Origin: the human T2T-CHM13v2.0 reference genome, Homo sapiens
Length of the DNA stretch: 64,000 nt
Assembly (NCBI RefSeq): GCF_009914755.1
Contig: NC_060929.1
Direction: 5' to 3' (one strand)
Under the pieces are notes generated by a model. That model had not been told where the DNA came from. It saw nothing but the letters and a program-made list of their open reading frames with translations, and did not search any database. Shown one piece after another: positions 44,645 through 58,300 of this stretch (position 1 is the first letter of the stretch; each line of letters starts with the position of its first letter). Both the position numbers and the translations under genes were made by a program.

Positions 44645-46419
44645 TCACCATTTTAAATACAACTCAAATATCAAGTGCTCTGGAATCTCTTTTCAGGTTT
44701 AGCAATGAACAAGGCAAAGTTAATTTCTTCTTTATTGTCTGTTCCCTTTTGCATAACATCTTGCATTTAAAAACATTTTAGCAGTAATTAAATGCTGTAT
44801 TACTTTTGGCATTTTAGAGGGAAGAAAATTTCATGAGGTTTCCATTTGGCTCTTTAACCCATAATATTCTCACTGTAAGGGTCAGAGATCTAACAGAAAG
44901 ACATTGTCTTTAGCCAATTATTTTTATATTAAGTATAGTTTCAGGAAGTAAGGAAAGAATTATGATGTAGTTTAACAAAATAACTGAGTTCATTATGATT
45001 TAAATGTACGGCAAAACTTTATATATCACATGACCACCATAATCAGTCACTTTGGGAGATCACAGTATATTTTGGGTCACCAGAAATTAGCACCACTTCA
45101 AAGCTAGTGAGTACATTTTAAAAATTGACATATTTTTTCTCTTTCATGTATGATCACCCTAGTGAGTCACCATAGCTTCCTCTGAAGAAGGATTTGGCAG
45201 AAATTTACAATGTATCCCCGATGCAGAATAGCTCTTCTTTACTCAAGGGAATCCACCATCCCAGTTAATTAAGTTGTTTCAGATATATGTGAACTGGCCT
45301 TGTTTTGAGAACCAGTTAAGGGGCCGTGATTTTTCATTATGGGAACTCAAGTCAGGTTTCTGATCATAGACCTAAAGTTGTTGTTGTTGTTGTTGTATAT
45401 ACTCAGTAAAATTTTAGTAGAAAGAGTATAATCATTGGCTAACAGCAAAGATCCTTGCAAGTAAAATCCTGATTACTACTTAGTTCCTGCTGCTTACTTG
45501 GTAAGTGCAAAATCTTAGCTGTGGCGGTTAATTAAGCATTGCTCCTTGGCTTCTATTCCTCTGGAATCTCTCCATCTTCATTGATATCAGGAAGCCCATA
45601 TCAATGGTGACATCTCCCACCATCACAACTTGACTGCTGTGGAGGGCACTACAAAATGTTTAAATTGGTGCTTGAAATATTCTGGTACTCTCATCTTTAC
45701 TTATTTCTTAGTGCTTTTGTGAATGGAATATCCTGAGACCTCTAGGTGGGAGAGAAGTGAAAGACAGTGGGGAGTAAGCCTGCATATAATCAATGTGCTT
45801 CAACATTCCAGTCTTCCTGAGCCTTTGCGTTCCTCCTTGTACGTTATGATAAAAAAAAAAAAAAAGTTCCAGCATTTTAACCTTCTAGGTAGGTCACTGT
45901 TGAACACACTTTTCTGTCAACTAACCAACTAATCCCTTAGTGCTATATTCAGTTGTGCAAGCAACCCTATTAAATATAGATCTCTGGTAGGTACACCCAT
46001 ACTGAAGAATTTGGCCAAATCCAGTATTATGTTTTGTCATCTTTTGTCTAATTCTCTTAAAATCTAGTATCTCACACAATTCCCTGATTTTTGCTGACAT
46101 AAATTAACAAAATCTTGCAAATATTTTGAAGTGCCAGCTAATTCCTCCTGGGCCAGATTTTATATATATTCTAGATAAGGCTGAGCACTGACTCTAATTA
46201 GTAAAGTCAGGAGATACTAAGGGCATGACTAAATCTGGAAGAAAATGGGCTACTTTTGCAGGGCAAGTACCTCAGGTGATTTACTCTGGATCATCAAGTA
46301 ATAGAAGGCTAGGCTACATACTCAGAGGAAGCAGAGGAAGGAAGCTTCCGTTGTTGACAAGAGAGACTCAGTTGTTTCAAATTTCTCATTGTAACCCAAA
46401 GCCACTCAGATGGCCTTAA

Positions 46420-46769
<350 letters not shown>

Positions 46770-47169
46770 TAATTCTCTTGATTTAAAGCCAGGAGCTTAC
46801 ATGTGTGATTTTTTTGGCTTGTTTGCTTATTTGTTTATCTGTAAGCTGTCAAGTACAATTAAAACAATGATTTCATCTTATAGTCTTGTAATCACCATTA
46901 CGAACAAAGAGTGAAAGACAGTTACCGCTTGGTTACACGATCTTTGCTTCAGAAGGCCTGCACCACAAATAAACATAGCTGGCTATTTGAGTAATTGGAA
47001 AAGCGATTGCATACTATAGATTACTTGTACTCCAATTACCATTAGCCAATTGTTCAATACTGTATTGAAGGCCAAACGCCATGATCAAACCAATTCCCTG
47101 GACCCAATGTTGGTAGCTCACTCATTTTCTGTTATCAACTCTTCTTTATTCACTCAAGCATGAACTCTT

Positions 47170-47910
47170 TATTCAGTCAGTATTGAGTCAGGAAAACAGA
47201 AAGCACAGCAGTTATTTCAATAGAATATTTAATACATTTCTTGGAAGATTGAAAATAAAGAAGGAAACAGCGAGGTAACAAATATTTTAAATGTTGGAAG
47301 CAGCCACCATCCCTAGGGCTGGGAGAACAAAAGAGACTTCTTTGGTTCTTTTTCTAAGATCTTTTAGATTCAAATAAATGCTTTTTAGAAAGTGACATAA
47401 ACTTTCAATTTACACTCTCTGTGTTGAAGTATATTTTTCACCTTTTTTAAACAAATGACTTTGAAATATTTTGTTTTCTCAATGACAGCTACTTATTGAG
47501 AATATGAGAACCTAAAAGATGGAGAAGGGGCCCCATGGAGCAATGGAATAAGCAGTGCCTGCCTGGTGCTGTAACCAATGAGGTTTGGCACAGTGAGGCT
47601 AGTTTTAGGAGTACTAGCAACAGCTGGAAACCAGAAGCAAATGCTTCCGGAATTGCCCACTGCTGTGGAGGTGAAGAGCATTATAAGGTCAGGCTGACAA
47701 GGGAAGCAAATAGAAAAGATATGAGAATGTGCTTTTTTTTCATCCTGCTTTGCAACTCCATATAGTACTCTCTTGGCAGATCCTAATGAGTAGCAAGCTG
47801 GAAAAGGAGAAATGTTCTTTCAAGAGCCTCAGTCCCAGTCCAGCATCATAGAAGAGAGGACAGACTGGAACATTTAAACACAAAAGACAACAGTTTAATG
47901 ACTGGGACAG
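47170..47910 (-). mobile_element. Old MLT1 (L/M/N-like) LTR, interrupted by an AT-rich insert
   Basis: tattcagtcagtattgagtcaggaaaacagaaagcacagcagttatttcaa and gcagccaccatccctagggctggg. Confidence 0.5.
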
Positions 47911-49435
47911 TTTTCTTCCTTGTCTACTAGATGGAGAATGCCTAATCGGTTTTACTCGTCTTTGCAGCCCCTTGAATAAGAATAAAATGTCATATTTAGG
48001 ACTTGTTCAGCAAATTTTTCTTGGATGCTTAAATGAAGGTTAGGAAGAAGATAGTTTAGATCACATTTTCGAGAACTGTGAATTTAGAAGCACTGAGTGT
48101 AAATATGAGTCCTGCTATTGTTTATATGTCTGTGATTTTGTCAGTCATTCTTCTAAGCTTTTTACCTCTAGAACCTCATTGAACCTGTAGATTAGCCCTA
48201 TAAGGTACATGCCATTATTATAAAGACGACAAACACAGGCTGACAAATGTTAAAAAGCCTTCTCTAAGGTTCTAGAGTGAATGTGGCAACTTAACCTAGT
48301 GTTAAAGAAAATGAACTTGAGAGACAGAAGGACCTGGATTTGAAACCCAATGACCTACTCTCTTTTTCCCTCTATCAAAGGAATTTTATAATTGGGTTTC
48401 AAAAATTCCTTTTGGAAAACCTTTAGTATTCTCAGTGATAATGTTGCTGCTATGGGTCAAAATGTTCTGTCACTTAGATTGAAGGAAAACTTTATTAAGT
48501 AATGTTTTTAACAATACATTGGTTAGTACTTGAGTTCAAGTCAAGGAGTTAATTATATTGATTTATGACAGAAGCACTCAATAACTAGATGGTAGAAATG
48601 ATACCCTAAGACCTCTGCCAGCCAACAACTAAACTTTATGAAAAAGAATATTAAAAGCAAACTAAAATTATTAAATGAATGTCAAGAGTGGGCATTTCAG
48701 AATATAAATTAATTCACTAGAAAAAATATGCTAACATACATATCCATATACAGAGACAGAGACGGCAACTGAGAGAAAATTATGGCATTTTAAAAACATT
48801 TTCTATCTATTCCTCCGAGGACTACTAAACATCTTGAGAAACTGGTCGTCTTATTTATGCTTCGTACACTCATTTGTCTGTGTATTGTTTCAAGAGTCCT
48901 TCCAAAATGTAATTAGTTTGTGAGCAAGCTAGTCCAATCCTTTGCCTCCAATATTAACATCTTTTAAATTCAAATAAATGCACCAAAGGGGGGCATAAGA
49001 AAATCTCTAACTCGGATTTTCTTCCTTAAAGAGCTTTCTCTCACCAAGTACTTTACATTTTGTTTCTAAGGGATATCTAATCATATTCACTGCATAATGC
49101 ACCCATATTCATCTCTAACACTTTCTATTTTGAAGGGGCTTATACACATTAACCCACCTATTATACTATAACTGCATGCTGCTTTCAATGAGTAGGCAGG
49201 AAAACAGCTGCAGAGCAGTTCAGTGGGATGGCTACGAGTCGTGTACATACCCACCTTCATATAATATTAGAACATGAGACTGTTTAACCAACTACATTGC
49301 CCTCCATTTTATATGAAAAGAAAAGGGGAATGGAGAGGAAAAGAAAGTCAGAGACATTAAAACATTTTCAAAATCATTTATATAGCTTGTACTACGAGCC
49401 AATATTCTGAATCATTCCTTCAAATAAACATGCTC

Positions 49436-50458
<1,023 letters not shown>

Positions 50459-53400
50459 TGAAGTATGTGCCATAGCTGTTTGAAACCCATTTGCTTTGCC
50501 TGTCGTAAAACAATGTTCGCTATACATAATGCCTCACTACTGGATCTTCTCTCATTTTATTTCTGCCAAGGATGGGTGAGAATGGATAACTTTTAACCTA
50601 TGAGTGACATTAGTATATCTGGTAGACAGGTAAATAACACTACTCTCTTTTACACCTTATTCATATTATGATTAATAAAATCATGTTCTAGTCTGATTCA
50701 TTATCTTCCTCTATTCTCAGTAACCTGGGCCAAGATCCTCTCATTCACAAGTTAGAGTGACTGCAGTTTAGTAAACAGCAGGGCTGGCTCAAGGATGAAG
50801 GTACATGACTCAAGACAGAGTTCTAATGGACAGGAAATAATGCAACAGATGGACCCATCTGAAGTCATATCTAAGCAAAGTACAGGTGATTCTATTTCTA
50901 TGTTATTCTGACTTTATAAAAACAACTATACCCAGATATACACACACATTCTCATCCAATCATATGCACACATAGTTTCACAAAGACAAATAGGCCAAGG
51001 AGTAATTTTGTAGAGAAAACAATTCGGTTCATTGATCATAGCAACAAGAGAGCAAATAGAAACCAACATATACTTTCTAATTATTAACATCATCTAAGTC
51101 CATTAGAGTAAACCCAATAGACATGAGTCCTCTTGTTTCCTTACAAAGCCTGATATCAACCTATTATATTAAAAATTACCCATTTCAGTTACTCATTTTT
51201 CTACTTTCCATATCTCTAGAGAGAATTTTTCTCATACTCTGTGAGACATAGAAATATTACATGACAGTGACACCTCTACGTCTTTACCATTAAATAGAAA
51301 ACATGAATATATCCCTTTCATTGTTATGTTTGTCTCTTGATTCTTGGCCAAATTTCGCAACATACAAAAGTTTCTATACAGTTGTTGCATTTTCATTTAT
51401 TTGTCTTATTTTCAATTTTAGCCCATCTCCATTTCTGTGCTACTTTAATATAAAAGATAATCTCTTTTTAGAAGACAGTAAAGTCCTTAACATATTTTAT
51501 TTATGGTTCACATCAATATATAGCATCGGAATTCTCACTCAAGTCACATTGCTTAATAATTTATATTACCAAAATCTAATTTTGTGAAAAAGAACAGCAT
51601 TATATTATATACCAGTAGATGGGGAATGATTTCCACAGAACTTTGTGTATTGTATATGCTTTGTATATTGTATATGCTAGTTGCATTCAAAATTCACAAT
51701 TATCAAGGTATGTAAATTTTCAAACAGAGAAAAATAACTCTATATATTTACTCTGAAAAGACCAGTAAAGGAGATATCTTTACCATTTTCATATTTCCAT
51801 TTTATTTGAGCAACTTCTACACTGATAAGTCAAGGAGCTATTCAATAAATGATTGAACTCCATGATTCATTGCTTAGAATTCCTCCTTTTCTCTCACTTC
51901 TCAAAAGAAATGTCACTCACATTGTGTATGTCACTTCTTTCTCTTTCCATGAGCTAGCACCATTTGAAAAAAGCTTAGACTGGCTAAGTTCATGGACTCA
52001 TTATTAAATGCTGCGTAACCCCTAACCAAGTCCTGCAGTAAGAGAAGATCTCTAACTGCTGTAGAGATGGGAGGAATGTTTTTCCATTTATTAAGAAAGT
52101 CTACGGTGCAATTCAATATACATGGCTTTCAAAAGTGATAAGGGAAATACCCTTTCTTCCCGTAATACACCCTCCCATGAACTTCTGTGTATGTAATGAT
52201 AACTTTATATAATGTCAGCATACAATATTTTCTGGAATTTAAAAATGCATTTTCTATGCCTGTGTGGATAGTAAAACATTCTTTTATCTTCAATTCTTCC
52301 ATGTCTATTTTTGTAAAAGAAAAAAAAAAGGTAATATTCTCTTTTTAGCTGCCTGCTGATCTTGTCTCCTGAAAGCAAACTGCATGGAAGCCACAGTCAT
52401 TGAGTTTCGGTGCTGTCCCTAGAGATGTGGAGATCATGTAAAGGATGTTTCTTCCCTCAGGTTTGGCCTTAATTTTATATTTTATATTTCTTATGATGCT
52501 GTTTGCATAATATATTATCTTTACATTTGCCTAAAATAGGTCATATTAATATTTCAAGCCGTTGTTATTTTCAAAGATTATATACAAGAATATTTTAAAG
52601 ACAGTAAGTTTGAAAAGCATAGGATATATCTCATTTACCTGTGAAAATAAGGGCTTCTTATTGATCTTAAATGTTTCTTTGTGTGGGGAGAAGAATAAAG
52701 CTACTTTTAAAAGTATTCACATTATAAAAATAGGGAAAACACTTCAAGAAAGCTCTATAACCTCTTTCAGTGGTTTGATGAGTATAACACAGGAAGAAAG
52801 AGCCCCCTAATGGCTCAGATATCTATAAAAACAGAAGAGGTTGTACTTTCTCAATTCTTGTTTCACAATGGCTAAAATGAGTAATCAGGAAAGGTATGTG
52901 ATACTATGGAAGCAAATGGAGAGTTGAATAAAAGGTCAACTAGAGCTCTCTCAACAATGCAAACAATAGTGAGAATCCCTAAAATGAATTGGTGAAGTAA
53001 GCTGTTAGATTTCAGACTGAGGGTGATGCTTACATATGTGACTCCTAGCACACTTGTCTTCCTCAATTATGTTTGCAGAGAAGCACTGATCTGGAATGCA
53101 GGAGACATATTCATTACACAGTTGGAAAGTGTGAAGTGTTTTTTAAAAACACTTTCTTTTTTTCTAATCATTGACCATTTCCTGTTAATAATATGGGAAA
53201 TCAAATTTCTTACAGGAGAAATTACAGAATTTGTAAGAAAACAAAAAAGAGAATCAAAGTAATATTGAGTATAAGCTAAGAAGAATGTCCTAGTGCAAGA
53301 AGCAAACAGTGCTAAGAAATTAAAAGTATTTTTGAAGGAAGAGTATGTCTATTCACAGAAAAAAAACTTAGCATTGATGTTACATCTACTTATGCTAAAA

Positions 53401-53887
53401 TTTTAATGGTCTCATAAAAACACACACAATACTATTAGAATTACGTTTTTTTTTAATTGCATATAAGCCAATATAGCCCATAAATAAGTACCAGGAGGAC
53501 ACTGAACTGTATAAAACAACTTGGATACTTAAGGTTGTTGCAACAAAAATTATAAAATTCAAAGTAATTTGTATATTAAACTTAAAAATGAGTAGAAGAA
53601 TTAGTTAAAACAAAGTTACATCCTTGAATGAGATGTCAGATTATTTGCATAAATAAAATGGAATTATTAAAATACAATTTTGAATACAATTATTAAAAGC
53701 AATAATACAATTATTAAAAGCAATCTGAATATTATAAGCAAAACAATAACTAAACAAGGTTATAATAGATTTAAAACAAATTCTGTCTGTGAATTTGGCA
53801 TGATACTGCAACAATATACATAAATATATGGTTTACAGTGCCAGTCACCATTCTCAGTTAACGGTTTGGCATTTGTCCCCCAAATAT

Positions 53888-53899
53888 AATACTTAAAAG

Positions 53900-53951
<52 letters not shown>

Positions 53952-54054
53952 TTATATATAAAAGAAATATATATATGTATTTATATATATAAAAGAAATA
54001 TATATATGTATTTATATATATAAAAGAAATATATATATATTTCTTTTAAGTATT
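53888..54054. repeat. (TA)22 plus ~30-bp AT-rich tandem repeat inside an inverted repeat
   Basis: aatacttaaaagaaatatatatat at the left and its reverse complement atatatatatttcttttaagtatt at the right; internal unit aaaagaaatatatatatgtatttatatat(at). Confidence 0.95.
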
Positions 54055-55563
54055 TTATATATATATACTTTTTTTAAACAAATGACTCAATTTAAAAACA
54101 AAAACATCACTATTCTCTAATACATATCTCTCTACTTCCTAAGACCAACTGTACTTTCCAAAATTCATATCAACAATTCAGTTATTCACTTCTGATACGA
54201 TTATATCAATAGAATACCAAGGTAGCTGTAATAATACTTGCATTATTAGGAAGCATCTAAATATCATCTCGCATTTAGAAGACAAAATGAACGTCATAAA
54301 ATAGTGTTTTTTTAAATATGCATTTTTAATTAAAATATAAATAAGGGTGAATAAAACACACAAAAACAACTATTTAGAGTATGTAATAATTCTAAATTCA
54401 GACATGTGGGCTACTACTAAGGTTGGCAATCATGTTCTTTTTTGAAACGTTGAACAACATATTAAAAAGTTTTGCTGACTTATCACAGATGGCAGTTTGT
54501 TCTTTGATTAGAAGAGTGACTCAGGGAACTTCACTCAAAAGGACAGTCAGAGCAATTCTCGGGGTAAAATATCTCTTAATTAATCCAAAAGCAAACAAAT
54601 TGACATAAAAATGTCACACACCATTAGAGTTCCAGTAAGCATTAAATAAATTCTTTCTGTCACAATGTTTTATCCTTAGCAGTTAATATCTGTGACCTAT
54701 AAAACTAAGGTCAATCAAATACATCAGGACTGCATTGCCCCAGCTCATTATTTCTAGTCCAACCCATCAATTTCAGATATCATTTTAAAAAACTCTATTC
54801 TTCCCAGCAGAGGATTTAATATGCGCGAAGTTCCCATATATTCACAGATGCTTAACCCGCACGTAGCATCACTGACATGCAAAACATTAATTGATGCTAC
54901 TGCAGGTAAGCAATGAACTCTAAAATAGCTAAACATCTCCAGAGTCACATTTCTTTGCCTTAGCTCAATACTTTCTTAAGCACAAATGCTGACCATCAAT
55001 AAGAGGGCAGTCTAATGTCACATCATTTAACAAATATTGTGTTTGTATTGAAGAGTTAAAACTGCAATCTAAAGACAGATTTAGAAAAAAAAAACCACTA
55101 GCAATCACTGAAAAGCATATGATAGCATCTACGTCTGCATAAAATATAATAACTGATAGTTAACACAGCAATGGTCCTTTCTTGATATGCTATTATTTAC
55201 CAAAGTAGTTTAACAGCTAAAAACAATATTTATGAACATATTGTAAGGTTGTCACAAAAAAATGTACTTTGTATTATAAACTTGGCTTATTTTTCTTCTT
55301 TACGTGGAGTATCTGCTACAGAAACTTACAATGTAGTGACCTTATTTTTGAAAAAAAAATCTGTACCTGGAGATATTTTTTAAATGCAAATATATTAATA
55401 TAAACACAGTGTGCATTTCCATATTTCTAAATCAACATACTTGTGTATAGAATTTACTTTAATGCATCATGGAAAACTCAGTTTTAAAAACATGCAAAGC
55501 TATGATGTATTTTGCTGTGAATAATTAAAAAGAAATCCAGAGATAAAAATTGCATTTCCTTAC

Positions 55564-55975
55564 CTGGAGCGTGAAACTGTTCCTGTTCAATGCTGGAAGA
55601 AAGTGGAACTGGAAAGGGGACTTGATTTTTGTTTTCTTTTGAAAATCCGCTTTAATGATGCAGGAGTAAGATGAGCTATTCCAAGGTGAAGTCTGTTATT
55701 TCTTGCTGGAGCTCAGAGCTGACATCCTCTTGTAAAAAGAAAGGCACCTCAGTAAGTTGTTCACTGAGGGAGCTGCAGAGCAAGATTATCGGGTACAAGC
55801 AGTCACAGTAGTGATGCTATGGAACGTGCACTGGCTTCCTCCCCACCTTGTGTTCCTCTCTCTCTCTCTCTCCCCGCTTTTTTTTCTCTCTCTCTCTCTT
55901 TCTCTCTTTCCTTTTCACCCTGACGCTCGCTCAGCTCTGAGACTCAGCTCATGCTGCTGCTGTATAATCAATCTA
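55564..55975 (-). other. Probable non-coding first (5'UTR) exon of an unidentified minus-strand gene
   Basis: Strong donor CAG|GTAAGG (exon ends at 55564); unique, more GC-rich sequence with a GA tract (55856-55916); only short uORFs; promoter motifs immediately upstream. The start position is an estimate. Confidence 0.6.
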
Positions 55976-56030
55976 GCCTGTCTGAAGCTAATAGTCCCCT
56001 ATTTAACCAGCCAATCAATAGCAAGGATTC
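55960..56030 (-). promoter_or_regulatory. Candidate core promoter (NF-Y CCAAT box and TATA-like element)
   Basis: cagccaatca at 56008-56017 fits the NF-Y consensus; TTAAATAG on the minus strand at 56006-55999; TGACG half-CRE at 55921-55925. Confidence 0.5.
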
Positions 56031-57194
56031 CACTGCTAGTCCCAAGAGTCTTTTCCAAGAGTGGTACAAACAATAAGAGTTTTGCCAGCAGTTTAGCCAA
56101 GTGTTTTTCATTATTTTATCTCCCTTAGAGATAAGGCTTGAGAGGGCAGAGGCTCAAAGCAAGCTTAGTGTTACTGCTGATTTTTGCATTTTAAAAATTT
56201 ACCCCTTCTTAACCAGCTGATACTTATAATGATCCTCACCTGCTATCTATTGCAATATAAACATTGCTGCAGAGTAGCAATGTATGATAGGGTCTTTCTC
56301 ATTCAAACATGTAAGAATATATTCAGTAACAAAACTATATACACTGACAAATGCTTTGCTAAAAACAGTAATGCCTCCAGTAGCCCGTATCACTAGGATC
56401 AATTAAAGAACACCTCATTATACTGATTTATTTTAAATGTTATCTATTTTATTTTAGAAAATCATGGTAAATAATTTTGTTTCTCCTAAAGAACAAGAGG
56501 TAATGTTTGTAGATATTTTTGAACCAGGGTCTGAGTCAGACTTCAGTGTATAAAACTTTTTTTTTCAATTTTAAGGCATTAATCTACAAAAGTTTCCCTC
56601 TGAATGTATCAAATAGAGCATTTCACACCTGATTCATCCCTTCCAGGTTAAGAAGATTTTCTTCTTAAAGTGACACATTCATTGCTCAACTGCTGTGACT
56701 GACCATAATAAAGAAGCACAAAGCAAACCATTGAAGACCAGGCTGGTTTCTCATTTCCCACATGCTTCCAGGGGGGCAAAAAAGCAAAAGAAAAAAGAGA
56801 AGAGCATATGGGATCGCATTAGCCATACCCTAGAAATGCAGTCTTTCTCAATTTCTAATTAGGAGGTGGTTGCTTATCTCAATTTCACACCGGTTGGTCA
56901 ACTAAACTTTTAGTTACTTTTTCTTTGTAATACTGCATTTCTGCATTCATTAAAGCAAATTGTATAAGAATCTTTAACTGCTTCAATTCCCAGTTGGCAT
57001 TCAATTCCAGGCAGTAGTCATTGCAGCTCCAACCTTCAGCATCATATAATACAAATAAAAATTTATAATATGTGCCAAAGCATCTTGTAAATGAAGACTG
57101 AAAATGTCATAAGGTAGGTGTGATCATGAAGTTACACTCAATTAAAATCTAAATTGTGAAGTGTTGTAACACCTGAGACACACTTCTTTGATTT

Positions 57195-58300
57195 AATTGA
57201 CTCAGTTCAGCAGATATTTATTGAGCAACTCTTTGCATCAGACCGTACATTTAATTAAGTAAAGGAAAGAACAGGCTACTTTGCGTTTTTGGTATTTTCA
57301 GTGTAGTGCAGTTTGGGTAGTCAATCACCCAGGAGTTTACAATCTGGTAGGTAAATGAGGAGTTCTTAAGTAAGCACCTGCTTTCGTCAATAATTCAAAG
57401 AGTGACAAGTCGTCAAGATAGATCATAGCTCCTCTGAACAACAGAAAGACCTATCTATAAAAAAAAAAAAAAGGCTATCTTTTTTACAGATAACCTTGTA
57501 GTGATCCTTATCAAAGAGAATAAAAAGCAATTTATAGGGAGGAGATGGCAATGATGGTAGTGAGGGGGAGGAACAACAGAAGCAAAAGGAAAGTGTTAAA
57601 GGAGGTGGGTGATGGGAGAGGGGTGTGGTGGAAGAGCCAAGTGAGATGGGTGGCTGAACACTTAGGGTCCAGGAAGGTAAATGAAAAAAAGGGAAATGCT
57701 CATAATATGTAAGACTTTTAATGCCAAGCTGACAGTAATAGGGGATTGAGAGCATTTCAGTTTTATATTTTCAAACAGAAATGTGGTAAACTTGTAAGTA
57801 TGCTTTGTGAGCCTCTATATAACAAAATAGTGTCACTTAAGTACTAGAATGGGACCCCAGTGAAAGACAACAATCACTAGGGAGGGTCTCCCTTAGGAGT
57901 AATAATGAGTAGAACTAGTGTGCCTATGTTGGAAATTAGCAGAACAAATTAATATTAAAAAGCATTCTGAAATGAGGTCTCTGCATGACTCTGCAACCTA
58001 ATAAGAAGAAGTGCAGCTTAGGAAAGCATTCAATTTTCAACTTAGGTGGATGACTAAAAAAAAAAAAAAGAAGTGAATGGCAAATAGCCTGCTTACTTAC
58101 ATTCCATCTCAGTTTTTGGTGTCATAATATTTATCTCTAATTAAACTTGTTTCATTGTTTTTGTTATGTGCATTTTCCACTACACTATAAGCTTCATGAT
58201 GGAAAAGAACTGGTTTTGTACAACACTTTCCCCCCAGCATTTTCAGGAATTGTACTGGGCATATATTAGCTGTTCAATAAATAGGTGTTCAGTGGAAAAC
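57195..58300. mobile_element. L2 fragments in both orientations
   Basis: ttcagcagatatttattgagcaact (antisense L2 end) and actacactataagcttcatgatgg...ctgggcatatattagctgttcaataaata (sense L2 end). Confidence 0.55.

Noticed and set aside
45579-45606. Hairpin cattgatat-N10-atatcaatg as a miRNA precursor
   Set aside because: A 9-bp stem is far too short for a pre-miRNA.
47359-48981. 22/23-nt direct repeat atctttta(g/a)attcaaataaatgc 1.6 kb apart
   Set aside because: Very AT-rich and does not extend; cannot be separated from chance.
55757-56128. 123-aa + strand ORF over the promoter
   Set aside because: TTG start and a low-complexity (CT)n-derived Leu/Ser run; better explained by the minus-strand exon and promoter.
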